Source: Phoronis australis
Lineage: Eukaryota; Animalia; Phoronida
Length of the DNA: 45,559 nucleotides
Assembly (NCBI GenBank): GCA_002633005.1
Contig: NMRA01000965.1
Coordinates: forward strand, 1 to 45,559
Direction of reading: 5' to 3'
The number at the start of each line of letters is the position of its first letter. Position 1 is the first letter of the stretch. Both the position numbers and the translations under genes were made by a program. The notes under the pieces were generated by a model that searched no databases, was not told where the DNA came from, and saw nothing but the letters and a program-made list of their open reading frames with translations. Shown here piece by piece: positions 24,346 through 37,896 of the stretch.

Positions 24346-26471
24346 TAATAAAGTTGACTAAAACCCCACAACTAGTAGGGCAGGGTTAATTTATAACGAA
24401 TAGACATAAAGTGCATATGGGACCATTTTGGCAAAACTCGAACATTTAGAAAATCTCAAATTTGAAAAAATTGAAGGGACGTTAGATTCCGTGGCCTGAC
24501 TTTTTCTTTCTTGGTTCAATTAAATCGACAATTATAGGGTTTGAAACACCCGACACACGCGTTACGCCCTCTCTGATGGCACTGAAATGTAAACACCTAA
24601 AACGTCGGTTGTGATTTACGAATTTTTCCTAAATTAGTAAATATGTTGATCATTCAATGTTGTAAATCTGGTACAACAATTAGGTGATGTTATCCTGAAG
24701 ACTTAAGGTCATGTCTTAATAATTGTAATGCAAAATAATTAAGCACGTCTGTGCAAATTTCGGTGGATATCAACACACGAATATTAGAGCCCACTGGTCT
24801 AATCTTTGAATCGAAATCAAAAGCTCAAAATTATAATGTCTCGCATTTTCACTTTACGTGTGCGCGAACACGCACCAAGTGTTCATTATCTTCTGTTCAC
24901 TATGCTATGGTCTAGTCCAAGTGTGCACCTGCTGACGCCTAGCACTGAGGTGCAATCTTGAGTAAAAACTTGCAATTTCCAGAATCCGGTATTTCGAGTT
25001 CAGACTGGAGAGTATGGCTTTAGTGTTTGGATTATAAAATGCGCACTAGAATCAAACAGTCATCCACTTAAAGTATAGTGCACATCACGTGTCATGTGAT
25101 AATGGGCTGATTTCAAATGAGGTAAGGAACCGGAGAGCTTGGTCTGTCTTCGCTGTAAGTGTTGATACATATGAAGGTGGTGGTATGGTGACAACATTGA
25201 ATATGCCACAGGATACGATCAACGTTTTTAAATACTCGCAGTCCTGTTTACCTTAGCTTAGGAACTCACCCCAGCACATGGGATCGGGTGGTATAGAGCA
25301 CTGGTAACCAACCCTAGAATTACAGTCAGTGCAGTCTCGTCCGCACACTCCGGCCTGGGAACATGTTATTTCACAAGGAGAATCCGGCTTTATCTATAAG
25401 AAAGTGTGACATTATTAAATTAGAATCATCAAAAGATCATCAATACTGCTAAGTGCAATGTTTTCTTTTGGATATGGTCGCTTTATAGTGGTGACTTCCC
25501 TGCAAACATACTTCAAAAATTTCCTTCTCGTGCTTGTCGTAGACTTTTCAAACGTTGCAAAATTAAGATATGAGCTAGCTTCCTTTCCAAAGCCAAATCT
25601 TTCATAATGCTAGAACACACAAGAACTACTCAACCGTCAAAAGTGCACATTTTACGCAGTGAGAATTTTTCGTCGGTGGTCTACTGATTTTTAAAACTGT
25701 GTTGTCACTTTTTAATTGGTACTAATCAAGTGTTTCCCTGAAATTGCCTGCAGACATTACATCTAGACGTAATCGTATACATAATCCATGCACAGATATA
25801 TGCGTCCGTAGGCCTACATGCATACCTACCTACTTACGTACACACACAAAACGTACCGAGAGTGCCGTGTATGGAGTAATATCCCGCCAGACTTTATTTT
25901 GCGGAATAATGTCGAGTGGAATATTACTTCATCTACGCCAATCGGGGTACGTTTTGTATTTATCCCATACGCTTCGAATTCCTAAATTTCTTTTATTTTT
26001 TCGGCGCATTTTTTAAATACTTCATTCAGACTGTTCACGTTGCGGATTACATACTATATGTATGTACTTGCGCGTTAGGTTACATGTTTAGTAAAAGAAA
26101 CAGTTTTAAATGTAACGATTTATTACTTGAAAAGAGATAACAAAGATAAAAACAACCGTAATTGTGCATTGAACAATTTCCTGAAAATGGTTAAATAACA
26201 ACATTTGGTAATGGAGTTACCGAGGAATCGGGGCATTATTTTCAGACGATATAATATTTAGCAATCGAAAACTAAGACAGAAGTGCCAGTAATTAACAGT
26301 TCTGTTCCAGACGTTACGTTTGGGACCTGATTGCATGTTGAGTGCTATTTATACTGCTGCAACTGTATTACTTTAAATTATTTGGGAGGGTTTGATGATC
26401 GAACCGGCTGACGACGTCAAATCGACATTGACCTACCTTTTGAACTATCCATGTTAGAGGGCACTGTTGAA

Positions 26472-27330
26472 GTAGTGCGGGAGGTGAATACGGAACACAA
26501 TATCACATGGTCGTATTACACTCGACTGATTCAATGGGTATGGGATACATGTGCTAATATACCTACCTACCTACCTACATACCTACAAACAAACCGGCTC
26601 CATACATACATACATGCATACATACTTACATACGCGTTGTACGTTGACACACATATATTTTTCTGTGGTTATACTAAACTGGACTTAGAAACATACAGAC
26701 AAGAATACAGCGCAGGAAGCTTTTGTGATCACGCGGATCGTTTGTAATAAATGGCGATACTTTGCGAAGTCGTGCCTTGTCTTGCGTTTTCGCGTTGATC
26801 TCACGTCAAACGCACCGCTTACATTTATGCATGCTGTGTGTCGACTCACTGCGTCATGTGTTGGTGTTGCAATCTGCGCAACCATACATGTATGTAGAAG
26901 NGTAGTGCGGGAGGTGAATACGGAACACAATATCACATGGTCGTATTACACTCGACTGATTCAATGGGTATGGGATAAATGTGCTAATATACCTACCTAC
27001 CTACCTACATACCTACAAACAAACCGGCTCCATACATACATACATGCATACATACTTACATACGCGTTGTACGTTGACACACATATAGTTTTCTGTGGTT
27101 ATACTAAACTGGACTTAGAAACATACAGACAAGAATACAGCGCAGGAAGCTTTTGTGATCACGCGGATCGTTTGTAATACATGGCGATACTTTGCGAAGT
27201 CGTGCCTTGTCTTGCGTTTTCGCGTTGATCTCACGTCAAACGCACCGCTTACAATTATGCATGCTGTGTGTCGACTCACTGCGTCATGTGTTGGTGTTGC
27301 AATCTGCGCAACCATACATGTATGTAGAAG
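26472..27330. repeat. 429-bp tandem duplication joined by N at 26901; contains (ACCT)n/(ACAT)n microsatellite
   Basis: Offset 430; four substitutions seen (26548c/26978a, 26658t/27088g, 26750a/27180c, 26824t/27254a). Confidence 0.92.
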
Positions 27331-27580
27331 TAGTCGTAGCCCATATGAATGTACCCTAGTGGTACATGAGTTAGGACAGATGCATTCATTAGTGAGAATA
27401 TACATGTCAGTGTGAGTAAGTATTTCATCTTTGAGGCTGGTCTCAAGATATTGTCGTCTGGCCGAGAGCGAACGTGGGGGACTATCTCTGATAGATCCAC
27501 TAGATGGACTTAGCTGTTGCCGAAAATATTTCAGTTATTGTGTATCCTGTTTCGCTTGAAATGTACTCTTCGAGGTATGC

Positions 27581-28134
27581 CTCGCTGGTTCCCTACATGG
27601 CTAGCCAGCACGCAGGTATCACGTAATAGCACGCGCTTTAGCATTGGTTTATGTAACCTCAGCAGTCATTGGTTAGCTTTACAACACTGTAAAAAATGGC
27701 GGACTGTGAACGATTTTTCCCCTATCATGTAAGTGGCGTCGCAACAACTATTTCGTATCTGCAGTGATGTTTAATAGTAGCGTGCTTGAAGCACATACAT
27801 GTACAATAAAAACATATCTGGGCGATCGGTGAATTATCCATACTGTATGAATACAGGACAGTATCGTAATCAAAAGTCATCGACAGTAGAAAGATGTACT
27901 CCGAAAATGCGTAACCACAATTTCTAGGATTCACATTTACTGAACATAAATTTTAAGCCCCGAATTGTCTGTACAACAGACCACATTTACACTTCAGTAC
28001 ATCAGTCATGCCAGATTGTTTGCTTAAAGCGCTCCCTGTTGAGAATTTGCTGGCGTAAAAAAATCCAGAAGAAAATTAAGTGATACCTGCGTGCTGGGTA
28101 CTGACCACCTAGCGGCACGCAGGGAACCAGCGAG
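27581..28134. mobile_element. Non-autonomous TIR element (~550 bp), superfamily unassigned
   Basis: Left CTCGCTGGTTCCCT...CCAGCACGCAGGTATCAC is the reverse complement of right GTGATACCTGCGTGCTGG...AGGGAACCAGCGAG (14-bp and 18-bp exact blocks separated by an indel). Confidence 0.7.
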
Positions 28135-29620
28135 CGGTTTCGATGGAACCGACTGGAACCGGAGATTAAGTGTGCTCGAACTTCGTGGACAAGGCGAGAA
28201 CCAAGCATATACATGTAGATCGCGCAGGACAGTGACATGAAGCGTATAATTTTCATTAGGTCATATTTGTTAATAATTTGCTTGCTGGCCCTGTCGAACT
28301 TTGCCTGCGTTGATATAACCAAAGCCCGGGGTCCCAATTGCAACGATATTCGAGTCGACAACTGTTCAAAGTTTTCAAAAACATATGTATACATTCTTTG
28401 CTTGTAATCCATGGCAATATCACGAGATATCTTGCGTGATGTTGCGTTTTCCCGAAGTTCTCTTGTCTACGGAGCGCACTCTGAAGAGCATTCCATGGAC
28501 CCAGCTTCTTGTAAGACCTTACAATGTCACGCGAGTGAAAGGTGGGTGTTTTTATTCTGGGAAGAGCTTTTGCCTGGCAACGCACACATCACTACATTTG
28601 CCGCATTCATTCAACTTCAGAAAAATTCTGTAGACAGAACAAAACGTTGCTTGCCATTTAAAACAAAGAACGCTACACATGACAGCAGAAACTTTATTCT
28701 CTCTCATATTTTAACCCTTTCACCAATATAGAAACCAGGCTCAGAAGGGACAAAATGTGTTTTCAAAAACGCAAAAGTTTCAGCCCAAAGGCAATGCTCA
28801 AAACAGACAACACTAGATTATGAGAGCAGATTTACTACGGAATTTACAAGTGTAGCCCTAAAATACTGACAGCCAATCATGTGCTTACTAATCTGGGCTA
28901 TTTGAGGAACACCTAAAAGCGCAGCTGATTACACAGTATCTTCATTGCAATATTACACTGCTACACTTTTGTGTTCCACATGTTCACACTGAAGCAACGC
29001 ACATTCGTTAATAAGACTGAGAAAGCGTACTTCAAAGATACCGCAAAACTTTGTCTAACGCAAGAATTTAACTTTAGGGGTTGCCAATTGTCCGCGGCTA
29101 CGGTCAAACGGTGCCAGTTTGGACCGTGATGTTGCCATGTTGAACTTTGGAATTGAATTCACTGTATACGTTCCATAAGCGAAGATTTTTCGACGCAAAC
29201 CAATACCTGAGGTCTACGGAACGCAACCCTGCATTTTTTCCACGTAACTGTTTGTGTCACTTCAAGACAGTGAACACTGAGTAATAACCACTACTTCGTT
29301 GCAAATAATAATGAAATGAAAGTTTTATGTAAATTAGTTATTATCCTTCTTAGTTCGTCAAAACAAAAAGTAATGCAACACGTGCACGATGTGCCTCGGG
29401 CAAATACTTTATTGATAATCCACTTCGCTGTCATTTCCTCTGGGTAGATCCATAGTCAAGTCTTTAGCTTCTCAACTCCGACATCAAAATATAGTTTCGC
29501 GTGTTTGGTTCAAAACAATTTCAAAACCTAAGGAAAAGTATAAATGACAGAAACAATGCATGTCATCTTTGTGCCACCGTAGGAATGACCACATTTCCTT
29601 TAAGTATTTGAAAGAAATAC

Positions 29621-29972
29621 CTACATTCCAAGTCGGTTTTGAGAGGATGATGCCGCGCTGTCCGTTCCAATGTCCCTCCTGCTTAGATAAATCTACTAGG
29701 GTGCTGTAGTTTACTTTGTCGAAGAGAAAACACGTTCCTGTCGCGTCATTCTGAAATGCAGACATACAACGCCTGTTTTTGTTGCATACAATAGCACATT
29801 CTATTTCACTTCTTGCATTACTCAGTTGGAGCGGGTCTCTTGGCGGCATTAATGAACTGACGTGCGTTGCATCGCGCGTACTTGAAAAATTACTACAAAC
29901 TAATACTTCGATAGGAAACGCGATTTTGACGATGTAAAGCACAAGAATCAACAAAACTTCCGAACACGTCAT
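29621..29972 (-). CDS. First coding exon: signal peptide + PAN/apple-like domain
   Basis: aaccATG start, hydrophobic MTCSEVLLILVLYIVKIAFP, then SEIECAIVCNKNRRCMSAFQNDATGTCFLF (C-x3-C-x5-C...C-x-L PAN core). Candidate donors: TAG|gtattt (29621, phase 1) or AAT|gtaggt (29625, phase 0). Confidence 0.8.
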
Positions 29973-32203
29973 GGTTTCGAGCGAATTCCAGTAAGCACAC
30001 GTTTCTTGCTTTGGCACCGTTAATGTCTGACGGACTCAGCGACTCATACCAATAACAAGAACAGTATATTGTCTACTCTGCATAATCGATCGACGTATTA
30101 GACTTTCGGCTCAAATGAATGCTTAAACAATAAAATGTGTGTGGAAATCAATTTTTCGATGATAAAAAGGTAACACAATACCTTCTATTTGACTTGTATT
30201 GGCTAAGGCTATCGGAAAACAGACCACTGGTGAAATATTAGGCCAAAATTTGTTACACATGACCGGCTTAAACCCGTGCTTCTGTCAAAACAAGATTTGA
30301 TGTAGTCTACTTACCTTTCTTCTTACTCACTTTAAAAGTGACCTCCAGGCTCGCGAAGACCTGACGATCGAGAATTTTCTCGAACCAAGGTCCTAACATT
30401 TCAAGTCATAGTCTCAATCAATGACAAAAATGTTCCATAAAGGTATCTGTATCTGAAGGACATCTGAATATGTTTTATTTTACATTTATGTTTACTTAGA
30501 TATAAGACATTGCAAACGATATCTTTGTTTGCGTAAACGGTAAGGGTCATTTTTCACTTTGGTTTTAAGGAAGGAAAAATAACATAATAGTTGCAGAGGA
30601 AAACATAAGAAAACAACGAACAGGTCGAGCAACAGAATCCTGCTGCCCGAAATGCTGGATGCAAGAAGAAACACCAGAACATCATGTCGGTCGGTGTTTC
30701 ATTTACCAAAGCATTTGAACAAAACGCTTTTGAAGTAAATCAATTTCATTGAAAACTGTCATAGCTGAAAAAACATTAAAACACTTGCTGGATATAAGCA
30801 GTGAAATTAAATCACAGTGTTTGTTGCAATGGGCCCGTTTAAGGGCTAAGTAACGTGTCAGCTTTTCTGTTTTTCGTACTTTATTTCGCAATTTTTTATT
30901 ATCGTAATAGTCAAAAATTATAACTGTTGTCGCATTTTACGTTGCCTAACAGCCAGCACAAGTGTCGACTCACTCCACCTTGTCAAAAACTGGAGCTGCG
31001 CTAATATTAAGCCAGTTCCAACGTGTTTAGTGCTTGGATCCCGGAGTAACATTTGGGTAAATGAAGAACAGCCAGTTTATCATGGCCGATGGCCAGGATA
31101 AACACATTGGCTGTGTGACAAGTATGACCTCGGTTACTAAATAACGAATGATTACTTCTTCTCATAATCGATACATCACCACAATTTGAGACCAGTTCTA
31201 CAACGATAATTGTTCGAAATCAGAGTTAAGTGGCTTTTATAACCATTTTAACGAAAGTGCACATGCACGGATGATTCTGTTTATCGTATTTATTTATAAA
31301 TGACATCTCGAATCTACAACAATTTAAGAGCGGACTACAATAACAACGATCAACTCAACATTTACAATTCACGCAGGACTCTGCTTATCACATGTCAGTG
31401 TGCTCAGGACTAATTACATGAAAAAGAAAAGTTGGTTACTAAATTCATGTTAGAAGCCTAATCACATACGTGTATGTTTTTCGAGGTGGTTAACATGACA
31501 ATCATTAAAATGCACTTTTTCAAAATATTTATCTGTTATTTCCTTTTGGAAACTTTTTCCAATGTTGACAGTTGTGTAAACTCTACAGACAAATTATGAA
31601 GAAAACTAATGAATTGTAAGACGCAGTTGAACGCCTTACAGATTCCGTCAGTACAAATAAAAACGTCCTTTGGTACGGCAGTACTTAAGATCTATATATG
31701 GCAATTGTTCTTTGGGCGCAGGTGATTGATTCTGTTGCAATCGATCACCGAATCACATCATATGCAATCTATTCTACTGCATGTAAATAATTGATTGACG
31801 AAGACAGTTATATTTACAATAGCACCACTTATTTACTTTATCCACAAAGAGGTTATATCAATGCAAAGTAGCGCATTTATAGCTCCATCTGTGCGTAACC
31901 CTCATTTGCTTTCATTAATTTGCTGTTAAACCAGTAATTTCGAAGAGTAATTTCCGTAATAGAAATTTCAAGTTGGTCTCGTTGTCTGGGTTTCAAAATA
32001 TGTTAGTTATAATTAGCCTTCTTCACCAGTTGATCCTTAAACAAAATCATGGAGTTGAATTTGTGAGAGATTACTTAGGGATCACGTTCGCCATTCTGTA
32101 CAAATTTGCAATTGACGATAAGAAATTAGTGAACAAAATATGGTAGACGCTGAGACAAAATTTCGCGCAGGTGTTATAGGCAGTCTACGAAGTCGAAATT
32201 ATC

Positions 32204-32222
32204 GGNGGGGGGGGGGGGGGGG
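32204..32222. repeat. Poly-G run with N (probable contig join)
   Basis: N at 32206 within a G homopolymer. Confidence 0.8.
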
Positions 32223-32946
32223 AGGTACCTACGAATTCAAACTTTAGCCCTTACTGGTCACCTCTGATTTTTCTCTCGTGGGCTCTTTGCCTTTTACCAA
32301 TTTACTAGTCGTCACCAAGACTTCAGTGTGGCCAAGTGGAAGACTGATCTCTGAAGTTTCAATTTGAGGTGCACTCTTTGCCGAAAATGTGTATCCAATG
32401 GAAAACGTATTAACTGATGCTATCCAGGTACTGCTCATACTAGTATTTTTTATGATTATCGTGTTTTAAAAGGACCGTAGCACATTGCGCCAACGCTGCA
32501 CTAGCAAGAGAATTGTGACAACAGGGAATTGTAATAATTAGGGTCAAAGATTTTTAATAGCGTGAGGGCAGCGAGGAACGTTAGTACGGCACTGAAGTAA
32601 ATATTCCTTTTGCTTATTTATAGGTTATTGGCAGACTCGTTAAACGATCAAGTTTTAGACAAACTAAGCAGTGCACAAAACACGACAATGAAAGCGCTAC
32701 AAGGAACGACGCTTGACGAAACTGAATGAAAGTTTGAAGGCGAGGACGACGACGAAACCAAGAACATCAACCACCACGACCCAACGTACATGTAGACCTA
32801 AAGTAGATGACAAACCATTAAATGTGCATTGGTCAATCAATCAACAAAGACAGACGTAGAGAAATGTAATTCCATTAAGTAACAAAACACAGTGCCAATA
32901 TAGCTTAGTGGATAAATAGCAAACAAAAAATCACGAGAGGACGAGA

Positions 32947-33239
32947 AAAGACGACGACAGAGATGATGACGAAGATGACAGCTATGACGACGATGGTGGC
33001 GATGATGGACAACCCTAGTTATGATATCATTCATATAACGAACGTAGCGGTCAGAAATCACTAAGAAATAGGCTACAGTCTTGAGCGACACTTGGCGAAA
33101 TTAACTGAAGAAAAGACGACGTCGGAGATGATGACGAAGATGACGAATATTATGATGGTGGTGGCCATGATGAAGAACATCATAACATTCATATGACGAA
33201 TTTAGATGTAATAAATCGTTAAGAAATAGGCTGCAGTCT
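32947..33239. repeat. Diverged ~165-bp tandem duplication rich in GAT/GAC triplets
   Basis: aaagacgacg...gagatgatgacgaagatgac...cattcatat.acgaa...taagaaataggct.cagtct occurs at ~32947 and ~33112. Confidence 0.75.
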
Positions 33240-34110
33240 AGTTCAATAGAAGCTAAACCAACCTGAATGCAGCAAGAGCGCTCAACAAAGGAGCAGCGTT
33301 ATCGCAAAATCTCAAATAACTCAAAAAGTAGACGTCGTAGAGAAAAATGAAAAGCATCTTCTGAAAGCCCGTTCAAAATTCTATCTAAACTAATGGTATC
33401 GCCTAATTCCATAAATTTTTCGAAAAAAAATGAAATTTTGCGTTTTTTTTAAGAAGTTCAAAGTCAAATAACTCGAAAACGGTAAGTCTGAGAAAAAAAT
33501 TGTTACAGGCCATTTGAAAGAATATAATGCAAAGAATCTACATGCAAAAATTCACGTCTTTTTCTATTCCCGTTTAAAATTGCACTCCAGACGACTGAAA
33601 ATGGGTCAACATGCGCCGGATCCGCCATCTTGAAAGCAACTTCCGGTTTTTTGGCTACGAATAATAGCATGTTGTGAGAAACTAATACCTGTTAAAATTC
33701 AAAGGAATTGGACTTATAATGCGCCCTCTACAGGAGAAAACGTTTTTAGGCCAAAATCGAGGTGCGCATGCGCGATCGCCGATATTTCCGCCATCTTTAC
33801 CCGGAAGTAAACAATTTCCGGAGCAGTTGTAGCAAACTTCCGTTCCATTTACTGTGCCGATTCTTAGCCTGTTACGTAAAAAATTGTAGCCTCCAGAAGC
33901 ATTTGAACCTTTAAATGGAAACAAAATGGCCGCCACAGCCGCCATCTTGGATCCGATTTTGACGAAAAACAACAGGCTTCCAGTACTTCCGGAACTACGT
34001 GTTGTGTGTAAATTTCGTGACGATCGGACGAAAATTGCGACCTGTATCGTGCGATTCACCAAGTAATGACAATGGATTGCTCCAGGACAAGTCATTCAGC
34101 TGCTGAAGTA
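33238..34110. mobile_element. Probable non-autonomous Helentron-like or other interspersed repeat
   Basis: Short end hairpins (TAGTTC..GAAGCTA; TTCAGCtGCTGAA), possible subTIR pair CTGAATG/CATTCAG, repeated CCGCCATCTT and caaataactc motifs; locally CpG-rich. Confidence 0.45.
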
Positions 34111-34844
34111 CACTAGGCAACGGAAGAAAACTTGTATTCTCTTATATATCGCAATGAATAAATATTCACTTTTGATTCAGGACTTTGGGTATCTTCATCA
34201 CAAATGAGAAACTAGCAAGAGTCCACTGTAATGATGTGTTGACCTTCGACAAGGGTAGTGACTACAATTCGGACTTGCTGCACAAATCATATTGGGCGCT
34301 GGGATTCTCCTTGGTCTGTTTTATTTTTCAAAAAGATAAATTAACCAAGCTACACATTTCATCTCACGGTCCTCGTCACTACCATTTTGGAAAAATAAGG
34401 GGATATATCCATAATTCTTAGTTAAATTTTTAATATTTAAATACTATTTCTAAACTGTGATATACGAACAATTGCGTGGTAAAAACCATCTTTAACAAGA
34501 ACAAAACGGAGCGTAAGGCAAAATCTTTGTCATTTCATGAATTGCTCCCTGGTCCTTGCCGCGGAGCAATTTGATTTCACTTTCTTGAATATTGCTAAAT
34601 TAAAATTTGTGAACTAAACAATTTTTAATTTCACTGTTCTTCGGCTATAATGACAGCGATATTCAACACGTGCAATGTATATAGCAGAATCTCTTGCAAA
34701 TAAGCGAAAACAGCAAGAGCAACATACTTCTAATATACAGTAGAATAACAGCAGACTAAATTATTCATGTTGACTTTTAGTCAAGTTATCGCAGGTACAC
34801 TGTGCCGATAGACACCGGTCCTCATTCATCAATGTGAAGGTTGT

Positions 34845-35467
34845 TCAAACCTTTTTTATTTTCATGACTGATTGCTTTATTAACGCCAAATTTCCGTTAG
34901 AGTCTTTGTATTTCATGCACATGTTATCCTTTGCTTCACCGTTTGGCCCCAAACATGTTCCATTGTGAGGGTACCGGCTAGTAAGACCCAAGGCCACACA
35001 TTTTTTGTACCACCACCCACCCTCATTCCGACGAGCGCAATTCTCATTCGCATATGTATCACTGTCTGAATCGAGGGTGCTGAATGGCCGACCGTTGACC
35101 TGATGAATTGATGCCCATTTACTGGTCTCGAAGATTGGCGTTGATACACTCATTTTGTATTTTTCTTTCTCATTGGCAATGGTGAAAGAACTGTGATCAC
35201 GTGTTATCTGCGTGCCATTCCATAACGACATAGCATACGTTATCTTATACTGGGACTGTTGAGTGATGTAGTGAATGTTGTCATTACCGAGCCACATTTC
35301 ACCGTCCAGTTCCCCAAACCCAACTTTGTACTCCGCCCACGTTTTGTTGAAATCCAAACTTCCGTCGAACCTGCGCATAATGACTGTCCAACCACTGTCG
35401 CAATAAACAATGAAACTTTTTTGTGATCGTTTTGGTCTCACAAATAGAAATCCTGTATAAGCGACAC
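34845..35467 (-). CDS. Terminal exon encoding a fibrinogen-related domain (FReD; ficolin/angiopoietin-like/FREP-type)
   Basis: Pyrimidine-rich ...ttccag|GT acceptor (phase 1); VYCDSGWTVIMRRFDGSLDFNKTWAEYKVGFGELDGEMWLGNDNIH...PFSTLDSDSD...NCA...GGWWYKKC...SVMKIK then TGA. Confidence 0.95.
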
Positions 35468-35795
35468 CTGGAAAAAGGGAAGTTGTTTTTTAATGAAAAG
35501 GTATATGGAATTCGTCATGAACAATAATGTGGACGCCGTTCCACTTTGGTTTCATTACCATCCACTTTGTAGACAGGTTCATACTCTTTTCAGAGGCGAC
35601 CAATTTTGACCAATAAAGTGAAGTTTTCTTCGTGATTTAAGACGTTCAAAATAACTTCGTAGAGTTTGACAACATGCAAAGAATAACAGAATCATCATAC
35701 CCAACATTTTTATCAGTCTCAAAGGAAAGCCACACAAACCGTGCTATACAAGAAGCAGGCTTAAATCCTGGCCTATACATCTAACGTTACTTAAC

Positions 35796-37155
35796 TTAAA
35801 CCCCGTTTACATGATGGTATTTACACTCGAGTGCATATTTACACCCGATGTTACATTGACGTGCGGTGTGTATTTTTGCCATTTAAACGAGAATACACCC
35901 GGGTGTATAATTACACCACCTACAGAGGTTGCGTAAATGTAAATTTACACATGTGCAAATATACACCTGGCACGCAGGGGTAGAAAATATCACTCCGCCA
36001 AAAGTGCTATTACAAAATAATTTCTGCGATCTCATATCATCTTAAAAAACACCACTTCCATTTAAAGGTCCCAAGGATCCTCTGCTGTCACGTGTGGTTT
36101 GGTTAGGTCTCTTACTTAAGTATTGATACTGCTGCTTCTGTTGCGGCTGCTACTGCTGCTGCTGCACCTGGTGCGGCGGCGATCGCTGCTGAGTGAAAGT
36201 TTCACTGACAAATTGTTATGTCACGGTTTTACTGGATATGTACATGTACCATATCTAAGTGGTACAATAGGCCTGCTTATCACTTCATCAGGACAAATCA
36301 GCTTTTCGGTTCATTTTGTGAAATTCGTAGTTCACTTGGCCTGAACGACTAAATTCCAAAAGCCAGCGCGTAGCCTGAACGATTCTGGGCTAAGGCATCT
36401 TGTGTTCACATCACTAATGAAAAAATCAGTATCAGTAATCACACACCAAATAAATAAAAATCGTATACTGGGACCATGTTGTTGTAACAAAAATTACAAA
36501 CAATATATCAGGCGCGACTACAGATTTGCGACTTCCACTACTAGACCGCCACAATTGGGAAATCCCAAATTTATCATTTCAGTTATGGCCTTGTGGAGCA
36601 TGACCTATCAAGTAATCGGCTATGACAGTGTTAATTTCTCGTATACATGAGAATAGGGCACTCTGTTCTTGACTCCACCAGGCTACCGTCACTGCGGTTA
36701 TCAAAACTCATTACGACTTGGCTACAACGGTGTGTTGTTTTATTCGGTAACCGTGTATTACAAGTACATTCGAGGTATACTTGAGTAGATCTTACGGAAG
36801 GGAATTTGTCATCTCACAATTTTCAAACCACACTTCGTCTTTGAATATTTCATTATTAAATGTGTTTTGCCACCAATCCATCGATCTTTATTAATATACA
36901 CTCGCTGTTCTAGGATACAATCCCAAAAGCAATACCTTGCTGATAGCTACCCAAACCTCGTAACTACCCAGATTCAAGGCAAATGTTCTACAATAATCTT
37001 TTTTACTAGCAGTTGATTGTGTTGCTGGGAAATGTGTAGAGTACTGAGCACAAACTTGCTTCATACGAACCCAGTGAAAATTTACATTTACTCCCGGGTG
37101 TAGATTTGCGTGTGGTGTATACTTACGAACGTAAAAGTGCTGCATATAAATCAAC
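35796..37155. mobile_element. Fragments of a decayed MITE-like repeat with TACACCCGGGTGTA palindromic units (two pieces, ~35796-35975 and ~37060-37155)
   Basis: CCCCGTTTACATG start and repeated tttacacc/cccgggtgta units in both pieces; the intervening DNA is unrelated. Confidence 0.4.
36129..36165. repeat. Imperfect (CTG)n microsatellite
   Basis: Directly visible; explains the poly-Leu ORF at 36123. Confidence 0.8.
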
Positions 37156-37698
37156 TCGACTTCTCCAAACTACAGTACCACCCTATTCCTATTGCCACCA
37201 CTTCCGTCCCCCAACCTCCCCGTTCTCCGGATGCCGCCATATTTTTAGCGAAACCCCAGGTTCTCCATAGGTGTGTCTGGGGGACATCAGGATTTTACTA
37301 GTCGTGAACCAACAAGGTTTCACGGAGAGTAAGAATGGGCCTAGGGCCAACGCACCATGTGAGTGACGGGTATAACCGGGAGCTGCCTCCAGCAGCTGAG
37401 ATCTAACAGTTTTTTAAATACAGAATTCCATGAACTAAATGTAGTATCTGATAAGATCAGCTATGAACCATTTGAGACGGACAGCTTAGCTCGTACCTAT
37501 CCGTCTGCGCTGGCTCTAAGGTCAAGATTGGTTTTAATATGATTCAGTTTAGGGAAAAATTAAAAAAATGTTTAGTACACTTTGCTATTTAGGGAGCTGA
37601 TGATAGATCGAAATTTTCCAATGTCAGCTTGCAACTAAGTGAAGCATCGTAATTTCTCACAAGATTAGCTTCAAATTGTAAAAAAAACATATATCAAT

Positions 37699-37896
37699 CA
37701 TGCGCACCCGGGGGTTTGCTCGGGGGCTCATGAGCCCCCGTTTGGTGAAGTGGGCAAAAAGATCCCCCTCAGGGACACAAAAAGTCCGAAAAAGTAGATA
37801 ACGAGACAAAAGGCCACTGAAAAGATAGGAACAATTCATACCTCTGAACGAGCCTCTATTTCTTTTTGGAAGCTAAACTACCAGGCGGTAGGCATG
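37699..37896. mobile_element. MITE, same family as 6168-6423
   Basis: CATGCGCACCC...GGCATG termini; shared gggcaaaaag, caaaaagtcc, aacgagacaaa and tctgaa internal motifs. Confidence 0.65.

Noticed and set aside
26451-27500. Several overlapping 74-150 aa ORFs
   Set aside because: They run across microsatellites and the N-joined duplication and show no recognisable domain.
36123-36344. Leu-rich ORF resembling a signal peptide
   Set aside because: It is produced by a (CTG)n microsatellite and starts at TTG.
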